A DNA stretch of 64,000 nt, taken from Nitrospiraceae bacterium. Lineage in GTDB: Bacteria; Nitrospirota; Nitrospiria; Nitrospirales; Nitrospiraceae. The stretch is taken from the NCBI GenBank assembly GCA_009692155.1, contig SHZW01000009.1, positions 12,272-76,271 on the forward strand, written 5' to 3'. Of the stretch, positions 29,146 through 38,866 are shown in pieces. How positions within the stretch are numbered: the stretch's first letter is position 1; the number at the start of each line of letters is the position of its first letter. The position numbers and the translations under genes are program-made. Below the pieces are notes generated by a model, which did not search any database, had not been told where the DNA came from, and saw nothing but the letters and a program-made list of their open reading frames with translations.

Positions 29146-30648
29146 ATGTCTGCTGCGTCTTCTCTCAAAATTCTGTTTGTCTCCCCGGAAGCCGTCCCCT
29201 ATGCGAAAACCGGCGGTCTCGCGGATGTCGCCGGCGCCCTGCCGCGCGAGCTGGCTCGATTGGGCCATGAGGTCCGGCTGGTCCTCCCGCGCTATGGCAC
29301 GATCGACAGCGCAGCGCATGGGTTGAAGGAGTGGGGCCGGCTTGCGGTGCCGACGGCAGCCGGGGTCGTCAGCGCGGTGGTGGAAGAGGGGTGCCTGCCG
29401 GGCTCCGATGTCCAGGTGTTCACCATCGGGCACGACCCGTTCTTTGCCCGTCAGGGGCTCTATGGAGAGGTAGGAGCCGATTATCCCGACAACCTCGAGA
29501 GGTTCGCGTTTTTTTGCCGCGCGGCCATGGAGCTGCTGCTGGCGTTTGCCAAAGTGTCTCGGTGGACGCCCGACGTGCTGCACGCGCACGATTGGCAGGC
29601 GGCGCTGAGCGTCGTCTATCTCAAGTCGCTCTATGCGCAGCGTCCGGAGTTCAAGAAGCTGGGATCGCTTCTGACGGTGCACAATCTGGGCTATCAAGGG
29701 CTCTTCCCGGCGACCGCTTTTTCGAAGACCGGTTTGGGGCCTGAGTTCTTTACGCCGAAGTCGCTGGAATTCTTTGGCCAGGCGAATCTGTTGAAGGGAG
29801 GGCTGGTCTTTGCCGACCTCCTGACGACCGTCAGTCCCACGTACAGCCGCGAGATTCAAACGCCCGAGCTCGGGTTCGGCCTCGATGGGGTGCTGGGCGA
29901 GCGGCGGGATCGGTTGAGCGGCGTCGTGAACGGGATTGACGTGGAGGTGTGGAATCCAGAAACCGATCCCCATCTATCGGCGTATTATTCCGCGTCGGAC
30001 CTTGCCGGCAAGCGGCGCTGCAAGGAAGCCTTGCAGCGGGAACTCACGCTGCCGGTGCGCGATGTGCCGCTGCTTGCCGTGATCTCGCGGTTTACCTCGC
30101 AGAAGGGGCTGGATCTGGTGGCGGCGGTGCTGCCGGAGCTGATGCGGCTGGATGTGCAAGTCGCGCTGCTCGGTACGGGCGATCCGCCGCTGGAGCTGCA
30201 ATTTCAGTCGTTCCGCATGCGCTATCCGGACAAGATCGGACTGCGCATCGGGTTCGACGATGCGCTGGCGCATGCCATCGAAGCGGGAGCGGATGTGTTC
30301 CTCATGCCGTCACGGTACGAGCCCTGCGGGCTGAGCCAGCTGTATAGTTTGCGTTACGGCACCGTGCCGATCGTGCGGAAAACCGGCGGTCTGGCGGATA
30401 CGGTGGTGGCCTATACACCACGGACGGCCGCTGACGGCCAGGCAACGGGGTTCGCGTTCAATGAAGCCACGCCCGATGCGCTGCTGACCACGATCCTGCT
30501 GGCGTTGCGCGTGTATGCGGATCGAGCCGAATGGACAGGCCTGATGCAGGCGGGAATGGCGACGGATGTTTCCTGGGTGAAGTCAGCGGAAGCCTATGTG
30601 ACGCTGTATCAGCGTGCACGGGAGAAGCCCAAGCGGTTTACTGGTTAA
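29146..30648 (+). CDS. glgA: glycogen synthase (ADP-glucose type)
   Basis: KILFVSPEAVPYAKTGGLADV N-terminal motif and PSRYEPCGLSQL C-terminal motif. Confidence 0.92.
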   Translation: MSAASSLKILFVSPEAVPYAKTGGLADVAGALPRELARLGHEVRLVLPRYGTIDSAAHGLKEWGRLAVPTAAGVVSAVVEEGCLPGSDVQVFTIGHDPFFARQGLYGEVGADYPDNLERFAFFCRAAMELLLAFAKVSRWTPDVLHAHDWQAALSVVYLKSLYAQRPEFKKLGSLLTVHNLGYQGLFPATAFSKTGLGPEFFTPKSLEFFGQANLLKGGLVFADLLTTVSPTYSREIQTPELGFGLDGVLGERRDRLSGVVNGIDVEVWNPETDPHLSAYYSASDLAGKRRCKEALQRELTLPVRDVPLLAVISRFTSQKGLDLVAAVLPELMRLDVQVALLGTGDPPLELQFQSFRMRYPDKIGLRIGFDDALAHAIEAGADVFLMPSRYEPCGLSQLYSLRYGTVPIVRKTGGLADTVVAYTPRTAADGQATGFAFNEATPDALLTTILLALRVYADRAEWTGLMQAGMATDVSWVKSAEAYVTLYQRAREKPKRFTG

Positions 30649-31226
30649 TCTTCGGAAGAAACCGGAGCGCTGTTCCAGGGAGCAGGAGAGGCAGAGGAAA
30701 CCGAGATCAACACCGGGGTCGCGTCGGTGAGGTATCCCGCGAATTGGATTGCGCGTTCCACCTGATCCAGGCCGATCCTGGCTTGATCCACGTAGTAGGC
30801 ATAGTCCGGTTGAGAGTGGTGTTGGAGCACGGCCCGGAACATCTCTGTCGCTATATCCATCCGTTCGACACGTAAGGCGGCTTGTCCAGCGGAGAGGGCG
30901 CAGGCCGCCGCCATCGCTTTCGGATCGGCTGCCAGCCGTGAAGCGGGCTTTGCCATCACGCGTTTCACAAAGTCCGGCAGGGCGAAGGGAAGATCGCGTA
31001 CTGATTCCTGGGCCGACGCCATACGGGACAGCTGTTTCATATCGGCACGCATCGTATCCACATCCGTGCCGGCATGGCAGTGGCGGTAGGCATCCCACAC
31101 AGTCATAAACCCCGCGTTATCCAGTGGTGCCGCCGTATTGACAGGCAGTACGCTCTGGCACCCGCTCAGCAGCATCACGAGCCCTATCGTCAGCACCGCG
31201 TTTTTTATGTTCGGAAGCGTTTTCAT
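30645..31226 (-). CDS. lipoprotein (hypothetical)
   Basis: MKTLPNIKNAVLTIGLVMLLSGC lipobox. An AT-rich putative promoter region lies upstream at 31260..31330. Confidence 0.5.
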   Translation of the reverse strand: MKTLPNIKNAVLTIGLVMLLSGCQSVLPVNTAAPLDNAGFMTVWDAYRHCHAGTDVDTMRADMKQLSRMASAQESVRDLPFALPDFVKRVMAKPASRLAADPKAMAAACALSAGQAALRVERMDIATEMFRAVLQHHSQPDYAYYVDQARIGLDQVERAIQFAGYLTDATPVLISVSSASPAPWNSAPVSSED

Positions 31227-31374
31227 ATTCTGCATAGTATTTAGCAATACCAGTGCCATATACAAGTACTTGAAATTATTAATGTATTTGTATTTTTGAA
31301 TATAAAGATCTGTAGTAAAACACCTCCTGGATGTGTGATTTCAGCCACGAAGAAAGATGGAGGAAGTTGTGTGA

Positions 31375-31454
31375 GGGGTCAGGGGGCTGGTGGTTAAGAG
31401 TTTGGGGTTAGTAAAGAGGTTTTTTTGAGCTTCACAATCCACTGACCACTAACC
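31375..31454. repeat. GGT(T/C)AGT-heptamer hairpin element
   Basis: Plus strand: ggggtcagggggctggtggttaagagtttggggttagt ... ccactgaccactaacc. There is a T7 run in the loop. It lies just downstream of the helicase N-half stop. Confidence 0.7.
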
Positions 31455-31465
31455 GCTTCATCTGG

Positions 31466-32506
31466 CTATCTTGAGCGGGGCTGCAGCGTTTCGGCCTCAT
31501 ATTGAGAGAAGAGACGTTTGGATTCCTGGTGCAGGGAGGCATGGCCGTGAGGGATGCCGACAGATCGAAACAACGGGGCGAGCTTGCCAGAGGGATGCAG
31601 ATAGCCGGCTCGCAGCGGTACGGTCCGGCGGTTGTGCCGGACCAAATGGCAGGGAGTCGGCCTGATGCTGGTGAGCCAGGCGGCGATATCCTGAGGATTG
31701 CCGATCGACGCGGACAGCAGCAGCAGGCGGGCCTGGGTCGGGCAGAAAATGATGGTTTCCTCCCAGACCACGCCACGCTCCGGATCGGCGAGGTATTGCG
31801 ATTCATCCATAATCACCAATCCAAGGGTATCCAGCCGCACGTCAATTTCACCGCCCGCCGCATCGTACAGCAGGTTTCTGAGGATCTCGGTCGTCATGAT
31901 CAAGAGCGGCGCGTGCGTGTTATCCCGGCGGTCTCCGGTCAGGATGCCCACACGGTCCGCGCCGAATAGTTTCGAGAATTCGGTAAATTTGGTATTCGAA
32001 AGGGCTTTCAGCGGGGATGTATAGATGACGGTGCGCTCGGCGTCGATTGCCCGCCTGGTGGCCTCGACCGCCACGTACGTTTTGCCGCTGCCGGTCGGGA
32101 CACTGACGATGACGTCCGTTTCGGCCAGATGCGCCAACGCTTCCTCCTGCCATGGGTCCGGCACGAACGGGCTGGGTTCCGGGACTCCGATGCCTTCCAG
32201 GAAAGCCTTGAGGTCGGTCGCCGGCTCGGCCGGCTCCGGTTTGCCGGAAACAGACTGACGACGGGGGCTGGCCGGCTCCGTTCTCGGCTGCGCCTGTGGC
32301 CGGATCTGCTGCTGGTCGCCGTCCTTCATCAACGCGAGGAGGTCCGATTCCAGCCCTGCTCGGTTTGTGGCCGTGCTGCGCAGCAGCGCCTCGATAAGCC
32401 GGCGCTTGCCCAGGCGGAAATGCCGGGGGATGCGGCCGCGCCCCAGCTGGTGCAGCAGGGACACAGGCTGCACCGCGAGTAATTTTTCAAGTTCGTCGGT
32501 TGTCAT
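31466..32506 (-). CDS. Ski2/HelY-like SF2 helicase, RecA1 (N-terminal) half only
   Basis: Q motif PDPWQEEA, motif I VPTGSGKT, Ia YTSPLKALSN, Ib GILTGD, II VIMDESQY (DExQ variant) and III LSASIGN. It ends after RRTVPLRAGYL. A ~110 aa N-terminal extension is present. Confidence 0.85.
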   Translation of the reverse strand: MTTDELEKLLAVQPVSLLHQLGRGRIPRHFRLGKRRLIEALLRSTATNRAGLESDLLALMKDGDQQQIRPQAQPRTEPASPRRQSVSGKPEPAEPATDLKAFLEGIGVPEPSPFVPDPWQEEALAHLAETDVIVSVPTGSGKTYVAVEATRRAIDAERTVIYTSPLKALSNTKFTEFSKLFGADRVGILTGDRRDNTHAPLLIMTTEILRNLLYDAAGGEIDVRLDTLGLVIMDESQYLADPERGVVWEETIIFCPTQARLLLLSASIGNPQDIAAWLTSIRPTPCHLVRHNRRTVPLRAGYLHPSGKLAPLFRSVGIPHGHASLHQESKRLFSQYEAETLQPRSR

Positions 32507-32514
32507 GAATAGCT

Positions 32515-32616
32515 CACAAGTCTATCAAGTCGAAAAGTCTCTCAAGTCATAAAGTCGCCGGAAGCTCGCCTCTTTGATTTGAGACTTTACGACTTTCGAC
32601 TTTATGACTTTCGGAC
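32515..32616. repeat. AAGTC-octamer hairpin element (copy 3)
   Basis: cacaagtctatcaagtcgaaaagtctctcaagtcataaagtc ... gagactttacgactttcgactttatgactttcggac. It fills the spacer between the two helicase halves. Confidence 0.9.
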
Positions 32617-32619
32617 GCC

Positions 32620-34476
32620 TCACGGTAGTTCTTCCAGGACGCCCCGTCGCAGATTCTTGATCGCCTTGTCGGCGGTATCAGCCAGTCCGCGGTGGGTTCC
32701 CTTGAGCGTGTGGAGTTGCGACAGGTATTCCAGCGTCCTGGCCAGCAGCCGGTAGATGTCGCCCTCCGCCATGGTGGTCGTCCGGCAGAGACCGAGCCAC
32801 GTCAGGTTCGGATCGCTCACCCACCGCTCCGTCAGTGCGGCCACGTCGGCACGCAAGAGCGGAGGATCTTCGTGCGGCGCCAGGGACTCCGCCAGCCGCC
32901 GGACCTGCCACATGACCGTGGACAGACCGGGGCTCATGCGAGGGAATGAACCGGGGCGGTCGTTATCGTGCGAGATGCTCGACATGATCGCCGCCAGGAC
33001 ATGGGGTTCCACGCCCGTGAAGGCTTCGGCTCGGATTAATTCGGTGATCAGCAGCGAATGGTCCATGCGGATCAGCCGGGCCCATTCGCCATCCGCCGTC
33101 AGTTGGCAGGTGGGCGTGAGATAACCGAATTGCTGGAGAACATCCGTGCGGGATTGGAACCGGTGCCAGAGGCCGGTGCGCAGGGCGTGAATCATTTTCT
33201 GATGCCGCTGGACGTCCTGCCTGAGCTTCAACGCCGTGGCGTGGTCCTTCTGGCAGGCCGGCCGTGACGAGCAGGTGGGGCAGGGGAAGTCGTCGGTGAG
33301 CGTCAGGGCCACTTCCCGTTCCTCTGGTTCCGGCTGCACGAGGATGGGCAGCACGGGGAGGCGAACAGGCAGCTCCGACAGATGGCCGGTCAGTTCATCC
33401 AGACTGTGCGGGGCACACCAGGGATAGGCAGGCGCTTCCTGCACGTCGAACATCCGGTCGAAGACTTGCGTCACCGTCGAGGCCGGGCATTCGGTGACGG
33501 CGCCGGCTTCCCGTACGACTGTCACCATCGGACTCTTTTGTCCGCGGCTCCGGTACTGCCGGAGCACGATGCCGCGGCCTCTCGTTAAGCCGACGACGCG
33601 GCCCGGCGTCAAAAAATGCAGCCGCGAGGTCAACTCGGGCGGTTCCTGGCGCTTGGGGTGCACACGCTGCGATTTTCTTTTGCGGGCCTGCTCGAAGGAC
33701 TGCCATTGCGTGATCCAGTCCGTGCAGACGCGGGGGCCGTAGGGTTCCATCTGGACGTGCAGTGTGTCCAGCTTGCTCTCCAGCGTTTCGGCCCGCCGGT
33801 TGAGCTGGAACTGCGCAAAGCTTCTGGCCAGGATGGATTGAATCTGGCCCAACGGATGGGCTTTCAACAAGTTGAGTGCCATCGAATAGCTGATTGAAAA
33901 CTGGCTGTCGATCGGTTCGGGCTGTCCCGTCAGGCCCTTGGTGATGACGCCGAGGTCGATGTAGGGCGAGGGGGTGACGACCGCGAAACCGACGAGATCC
34001 TTGCCCCGGCGGCCCGCCCGCCCGGCCAGTTGCTGCACCTCGCTGTTCGTGAGATCGGTGAAGTCTCTCGTCTTGCGCACGCTCGATTGCGTGATCACGA
34101 CCGTGCGGGCGGGGAAGTCCACGCCTGCAGCCAGCGTCGTGGTGGCGAAGACCGCGTCGAGAAGCCCCTGCCGCATCAGTTCTTCAATGGCGATCTTCCA
34201 TGACGGCAAATGGCCAGCGTGGTGTGCGGCGACGCCGATGCGCTCCACGATGGGCACGAGCGGGTGCTCCGCGATGCTGGGGTATTGCGTGGCCAGTTCC
34301 TGGAGCGTCGCGGCAATGTTCCGCCGGCGCGCCGGCGGAAGCGCGACCTGGTCGCGCTCGAATGCCTGCATCGCGTCGTCGCAGGCCCGGCGGGAGGTCA
34401 GAAAGACAATTGCGGGGGTGAGGTTATGCTGGCGGAGCGCCGCGATGAGGTCAACCGGATGGATTGATGGCGGCAT
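32620..34476 (-). CDS. Ski2/HelY-like SF2 helicase, RecA2 plus C-terminal (DSHCT-like) half only
   Basis: Motif IV PAIVFLTSRRACDDA, then GVAAHHAGHLPSWK, motif V FATTTLAAGVDFPART and motif VI QLAGRAGRRGKD. The C-terminal MAEGDIYRLLARTLEYLSQL is DSHCT-like. It has no motif I-III. Confidence 0.85.
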   Translation of the reverse strand: MPPSIHPVDLIAALRQHNLTPAIVFLTSRRACDDAMQAFERDQVALPPARRRNIAATLQELATQYPSIAEHPLVPIVERIGVAAHHAGHLPSWKIAIEELMRQGLLDAVFATTTLAAGVDFPARTVVITQSSVRKTRDFTDLTNSEVQQLAGRAGRRGKDLVGFAVVTPSPYIDLGVITKGLTGQPEPIDSQFSISYSMALNLLKAHPLGQIQSILARSFAQFQLNRRAETLESKLDTLHVQMEPYGPRVCTDWITQWQSFEQARKRKSQRVHPKRQEPPELTSRLHFLTPGRVVGLTRGRGIVLRQYRSRGQKSPMVTVVREAGAVTECPASTVTQVFDRMFDVQEAPAYPWCAPHSLDELTGHLSELPVRLPVLPILVQPEPEEREVALTLTDDFPCPTCSSRPACQKDHATALKLRQDVQRHQKMIHALRTGLWHRFQSRTDVLQQFGYLTPTCQLTADGEWARLIRMDHSLLITELIRAEAFTGVEPHVLAAIMSSISHDNDRPGSFPRMSPGLSTVMWQVRRLAESLAPHEDPPLLRADVAALTERWVSDPNLTWLGLCRTTTMAEGDIYRLLARTLEYLSQLHTLKGTHRGLADTADKAIKNLRRGVLEELP

Positions 34477-35689
34477 CCAGTTTCATTCCCTTGTAAATAA
34501 CCACGAGGCCCGAGTCGGTCACGTGGAACCGTTTACGGTCCAAGTCGAGATCGTAGCCGATGTCGGTCTTGTCGGGGATCACGACGTCCTTGTCGATGAT
34601 GGCGCGGCGGATTTTGCACCGCTCGCCGATCCGTACGCGTTCCATGACGACGGATTCCCGGACCTCGCTGTAGTCCCGCACGATCACGTCCGGCGACAGG
34701 ACTGAGTTCTGAACCCGTGCGCCTGAAATGATGCAGCCGCCGCAGACGATCGAGTCCAGCGCAACGCCCATCCGGCCGCCCTCGTAATCCTGGGCGAACA
34801 CGAATTTCGCGGGTGGAAACTGGCCCTGGGCGGTGCGCAGCGGCCACTCCTCGTCGTACAGGTTGAACAGCGGGTCCACCGCCACCAAGTCCATGTTGGC
34901 TTCCCAATAGGCGTCCAGGGTGCCGATATCGCGCCAGTACTTCACGGCTTTTTTGTTTTTGTCATGGAACTTTAACGCGTAGACGCGGCCCTGCTGGATC
35001 ATTTTTGGGATGATGTTTTTGCCGAAATCGTGTGCGCTGTCCTGCGGGGCATCCTCCGCCAGGTGCTGGCGGAGCACGTCGGTTTTAAACAAGTAGATGC
35101 CCATGGAGACGAGGGCCTGGCTGGGATCGCCGGGCATCGGGAAGGGGTGCGCTGGTTTTTCCTCCCACTGATTGATGCGAAAGTCGTCGTCCACGCCGAT
35201 CACGCCGAAGCGGGTGGCTTCCGAAATCGGAAATTCGAGGACGCCGACGACCGCGTCCGCCTGTTTCTCGACCAGGAAGTCGTACATTTCGGCATAGTTC
35301 ATCTTATAGATGTGGTCGCCGGCAAGAATCAGGAGGTACTCGGCCCGCTCGTTGTCGATCAGGAACATGTTCTGGTGGACCGCGTCGGCGGTACCCCGGT
35401 ACCAGTCTTCGCTGATCCGCTGCTGGGGCGGAATGGAGGCGACGAATTCGTCGACCTCCGGGCTCAGGATGCTCCAGGCCGTCCGGATGTGGCGGTCCAG
35501 CGAGTAGGACTTGTACTGGATCAGGACGGCGATTTTCCGGATGCCGGAATTGAAACAGTTGCTGAGCGTGGAATCAATGATGCGATATTTTCCTCCGAAG
35601 CGGACCGCGGGCTTGGCACGGTGCAGGGTCAACGGGTGCAACCGCTCGCCCTTACCGCCTGCCAGCACCATGGCGAGGATGTTTTTCAT
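34451..35689 (-). CDS. glgC: glucose-1-phosphate adenylyltransferase
   Basis: LAMVLAGGKGERLHPLTLHRAKPAVRFGGKYRIID, followed by a C-terminal beta-helix. Confidence 0.93.
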   Translation of the reverse strand: MKNILAMVLAGGKGERLHPLTLHRAKPAVRFGGKYRIIDSTLSNCFNSGIRKIAVLIQYKSYSLDRHIRTAWSILSPEVDEFVASIPPQQRISEDWYRGTADAVHQNMFLIDNERAEYLLILAGDHIYKMNYAEMYDFLVEKQADAVVGVLEFPISEATRFGVIGVDDDFRINQWEEKPAHPFPMPGDPSQALVSMGIYLFKTDVLRQHLAEDAPQDSAHDFGKNIIPKMIQQGRVYALKFHDKNKKAVKYWRDIGTLDAYWEANMDLVAVDPLFNLYDEEWPLRTAQGQFPPAKFVFAQDYEGGRMGVALDSIVCGGCIISGARVQNSVLSPDVIVRDYSEVRESVVMERVRIGERCKIRRAIIDKDVVIPDKTDIGYDLDLDRKRFHVTDSGLVVIYKGMKLDAAINPSG

Positions 35690-35727
35690 GGCGCAATCTT
35701 AACAGGACGGGCCTGAAATGGGAAGGA

Positions 35728-35756
35728 TTGACACGGTCCGGCGCCGAGAGGATACT
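35728..35756 (+). promoter_or_regulatory. candidate sigma70-type promoter for the small ORF/potABCD operon
   Basis: TTGACA (35728-35733), 17 nt spacer, GATACT (35751-35756). It lies about 40 nt upstream of ATG 35798. Confidence 0.4.
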
Positions 35757-35797
35757 ACGCACAGAGCCTGAACAGGCACGAATGAAATAGGGGACCT

Positions 35798-36094
35798 ATG
35801 GCTAAGAAACCCACCATCGGAAAACCGGGACGCGTGGTGCGTCTTCCGCCACGCCAGCAACCGGCGAGCGTCGCGCAGGACATCATCTGGCGGCTTGATC
35901 GCCTAGAACGGCAGGTGCACACCCTGTCCGAACTGGTGCGCGAGCACGCAGAAGACGCCGATCGACTGGTTCGTATTGTCGCCGAGGATCGGGATGTCCT
36001 GCGGCTGGAACTGCTGCGCCAGCATCAGGCCAGAGTCCGCTTGCGGAAGCGTTCACGCGAACACGAAGCGAGTATCGGGCTGACGAGTTTGTGA
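35798..36094 (+). CDS. small coiled-coil hypothetical protein
   Basis: 98 aa ORF whose stop overlaps the potA GTG (GTGA). I recognised no motif. Confidence 0.35.
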   Translation: MAKKPTIGKPGRVVRLPPRQQPASVAQDIIWRLDRLERQVHTLSELVREHAEDADRLVRIVAEDRDVLRLELLRQHQARVRLRKRSREHEASIGLTSL

Positions 36095-37179
36095 ATCAGC
36101 CCGGTATTGAGCTGCGGGAGGTGGTCAAGCGCCACGGCTCCACGGTGGCAGTGGATCATCTGTCGTTCAGCGTCCGGCGCGGAGAGTTTTTTTCCATCCT
36201 CGGTCCCAGCGGGTCCGGCAAAACCACCACATTACGGCTCATCGCCGGTTTCGAACATCCGGATCAGGGCGACATTCTGATCGATGGGCAGTCGTTGCGG
36301 GATGTCCCGCCGAATCTCCGGCCCGTGAACATGGTCTTCCAGCACTACGCGCTCTTTCCCCATCTGACGGTGTCCGGCAATATTGCCTTCGGCCTCGAAA
36401 TGCGCGGCATCGTCCGTGCGGAGATCCGCTCGCGCGTCAGCACGGCGCTGGACATGGTCCGGCTGGCGGGTATGGGCGATCGGCTTCCGGCGCAGCTCTC
36501 CGGCGGCGAGCAACAGCGCGTGGCGCTGGCCCGTGCGCTCGTCAACCGTCCGGCCGTCCTGTTGCTGGATGAACCGCTCGGCGCGCTGGACCAGCAATTG
36601 CGCCAGGAGATGCAGGTCGAATTGAAGACGATTCAGGAGCAGGTCGGACTGACTTTTATCTGCGTCACGCACCACCAGGAGGAAGCACTCACCATGTCGG
36701 ACCGGGTGGCGGTCATGGATCACGGACGCGTACTGCAGGTCGGCGCGCCTCAGGAGATCTATACGGCACCTGCGTCCCTGTTCGTCGCCGAATTCATCGG
36801 CCTGTCGAATCGTCTGGACGGCCGCATTGCCGCCGTGGAGGGGACGCGCTGTCGCATCGAGGCGCCGGGATTGCCGATAATCCAGGCGGACGCGCCGGCG
36901 GGGGCGGGACCGGGCCGTGCCGTCTCTGTCGTGTTGCGTCCGGAGCGACTGCATATGTCGCAGCAGGCCGCGCCGAACGGTTTCGACAATGTCGTGCCGG
37001 CGCGGGTGGCCAAGGCGGTCTATAACGGACACGAAATGCAGTATCAGCTTCGTATCGACGAGCGTCTGCTCTGGACGGTTCGGGTGCCGAACGCCGATGG
37101 CGGGCAGAAGCGATTTCTGCCGGGCGACACGGTGAGTGTCCGATGGAACGCCGACGAAAGCGTGGTGCTCGCTCAGTGA
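36091..37179 (+). CDS. potA: spermidine/putrescine ABC transporter ATP-binding protein
   Basis: Walker A GPSGSGKTT, signature LSGGEQQRVALARAL, Walker B LLLDEPL and a TOBE-like C-terminus. Confidence 0.9.
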   Translation: MNQPGIELREVVKRHGSTVAVDHLSFSVRRGEFFSILGPSGSGKTTTLRLIAGFEHPDQGDILIDGQSLRDVPPNLRPVNMVFQHYALFPHLTVSGNIAFGLEMRGIVRAEIRSRVSTALDMVRLAGMGDRLPAQLSGGEQQRVALARALVNRPAVLLLDEPLGALDQQLRQEMQVELKTIQEQVGLTFICVTHHQEEALTMSDRVAVMDHGRVLQVGAPQEIYTAPASLFVAEFIGLSNRLDGRIAAVEGTRCRIEAPGLPIIQADAPAGAGPGRAVSVVLRPERLHMSQQAAPNGFDNVVPARVAKAVYNGHEMQYQLRIDERLLWTVRVPNADGGQKRFLPGDTVSVRWNADESVVLAQ

Positions 37180-38036
37180 CCGGTTCCCTCGCATCCCGGG
37201 CGGGCGTTCGCCAGGCCGGCTGGCTGCTCGCGCCGGCGCTCGTGTGGATGGGCCTCTTCTTTGTTCTTCCGCTCCTGATTGTGCTGCTGATCAGTTTCGC
37301 CTCGCGGGGCGCCTACGGTGGCGTGGAATGGACCTTCACGCTGGTCAACTATCGCGATCTGGCCGATCCGCTCTATCTGTGGATCTATCTCCGTTCGTGC
37401 GCATTCGCGCTGGCCACGACGGGGCTCTGTCTTTGCCTGGGGTTTCCGCTTGCCTACTACATCGCGCGGGCGCCGGCGCGCTGGCAGGGACTCTGGCTGA
37501 TGCTGGTGCTCGTTCCGTTCTGGACCAACTTTCTGGTTCGCACCTATGCCTGGATGAATGTGCTGAGAGCCGACGGGCTGTTGAACCGGCTGCTCATCGC
37601 AACGGGCTTCATCTCCGAGCCGGTCGAGATTCTCTACACGGATCTGGCCGTGCTGATCGGTCTTGTGTATGGCTACCTGCCGTTCATGGTGTTGCCGCTG
37701 TACGCGGCCCTCGAACGAATTGATCGTTCGCTCATCGAAGCCGCGCGGGATCTGTACGCGTCGGGCTGGACCGTTTTCACGCGCGTGATCGTGCCGCTCG
37801 CGAAACCGGGGATCATTGCGGGGTGCCTGCTGGTCTTCATCCCATCGCTCGGCGCCTATATCACGCCGGATCTTCTGGGCGGCGCGCGGTCCATGATGAT
37901 CGGCAATTTCATACAGCATGAATATCTGGTCGTTCGGGATTGGCCGCTGGGATCGGCCGCCTCGTTCGTCCTGATGGCGATGGTCCTTGTCGGAATGTGG
38001 GGGTACCAACGCACGGGTGGGGAGCGGCCGCTATGA
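37176..38036 (+). CDS. potB: polyamine ABC transporter permease
   Basis: The GTG at 37176 overlaps the potA stop (GTGA). The EAA-like loop is IEAARDLYASGWTVFTRVIVPL. Confidence 0.8.
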   Translation: MTGSLASRAGVRQAGWLLAPALVWMGLFFVLPLLIVLLISFASRGAYGGVEWTFTLVNYRDLADPLYLWIYLRSCAFALATTGLCLCLGFPLAYYIARAPARWQGLWLMLVLVPFWTNFLVRTYAWMNVLRADGLLNRLLIATGFISEPVEILYTDLAVLIGLVYGYLPFMVLPLYAALERIDRSLIEAARDLYASGWTVFTRVIVPLAKPGIIAGCLLVFIPSLGAYITPDLLGGARSMMIGNFIQHEYLVVRDWPLGSAASFVLMAMVLVGMWGYQRTGGERPL

Positions 38037-38824
38037 AAGGACCTGCCTGGCGTCGCAGAGGACTGCTGGCGGCGAGCCTCGGCAATCTGTTCTTTCTCTA
38101 TCTGCCGATTGCGGTGCTGATCGTCTATTCATTCAATGCCGCCAAGCTGGCGATGACGTGGCAGGGCTTCTCGTTGCAGTGGTATGCCGCGCTGGCACGG
38201 GACCATGCGCTCATAGTGGCGTGCCAGAACAGCGTCCTGATCGCCCTGGTGTCGACCGGCGTGGCGACGCTGCTCGGCGTCAGCGCCGCCATCGGGCTCG
38301 AACGGCTGCCGTGGCGGCTTCGGGCGTGGCTGGACGGCGCGCTGCTGTTGCCGCTGGTGATTCCCGAAATCATGATGGGGGTCGCGCTCCTGTTGTTTTT
38401 TGTCCTGATCAAGCTGCCACTCGGCCTGCTGACTGTGACGATCGGCCATGCGGCGTTCAATCTGCCGGTCGTGATGGTGATTGTCCGCGCCCGCCTGCGC
38501 AAACTCGATCCACAACTGGAGGAAGCGGCGCGGGATCTGGGAGCCACGCCCTGGCAGGCCTTTCGCCGGGTGACGCTCCCGTTGCTCATGCCCGCCATCG
38601 TCGGCGCCGCGCTGCTGGCCTTTACCGTCTCTCTCGATGACTTTGTCGTGACCTTCTTTACGGCAGGGCCCGGCGCCACCACGCTGCCCTTAAAAGTATA
38701 TTCGATGATCAAGACCGGCATCTCGCCGGAGATCAACGCGCTGTCGGCGATGCTGGTGGTCGCTTCCATGGGCCTGGTTGCGCTGTCGCTGGCGGTTCAG
38801 CGACGGCGCATATTTACTCATTGA
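38033..38824 (+). CDS. potC: polyamine ABC transporter permease
   Basis: The ATG at 38033 overlaps the potB stop (ATGA). The EAA loop is LEEAARDLGATPWQAFRRVTLPL. Confidence 0.8.
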   Translation: MKGPAWRRRGLLAASLGNLFFLYLPIAVLIVYSFNAAKLAMTWQGFSLQWYAALARDHALIVACQNSVLIALVSTGVATLLGVSAAIGLERLPWRLRAWLDGALLLPLVIPEIMMGVALLLFFVLIKLPLGLLTVTIGHAAFNLPVVMVIVRARLRKLDPQLEEAARDLGATPWQAFRRVTLPLLMPAIVGAALLAFTVSLDDFVVTFFTAGPGATTLPLKVYSMIKTGISPEINALSAMLVVASMGLVALSLAVQRRRIFTH

Positions 38825-38866
38825 GCCATGTAGTCATTGATTCAATTCTTCTTAAGCAATGACCGC

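Noticed and set aside
28666-29973. 435-aa minus-strand ORF
   Set aside because: It lies antisense to glgA and the upstream lipoprotein gene. It is Arg/Pro-rich with no recognisable domain. glgA on the plus strand has its canonical motifs.
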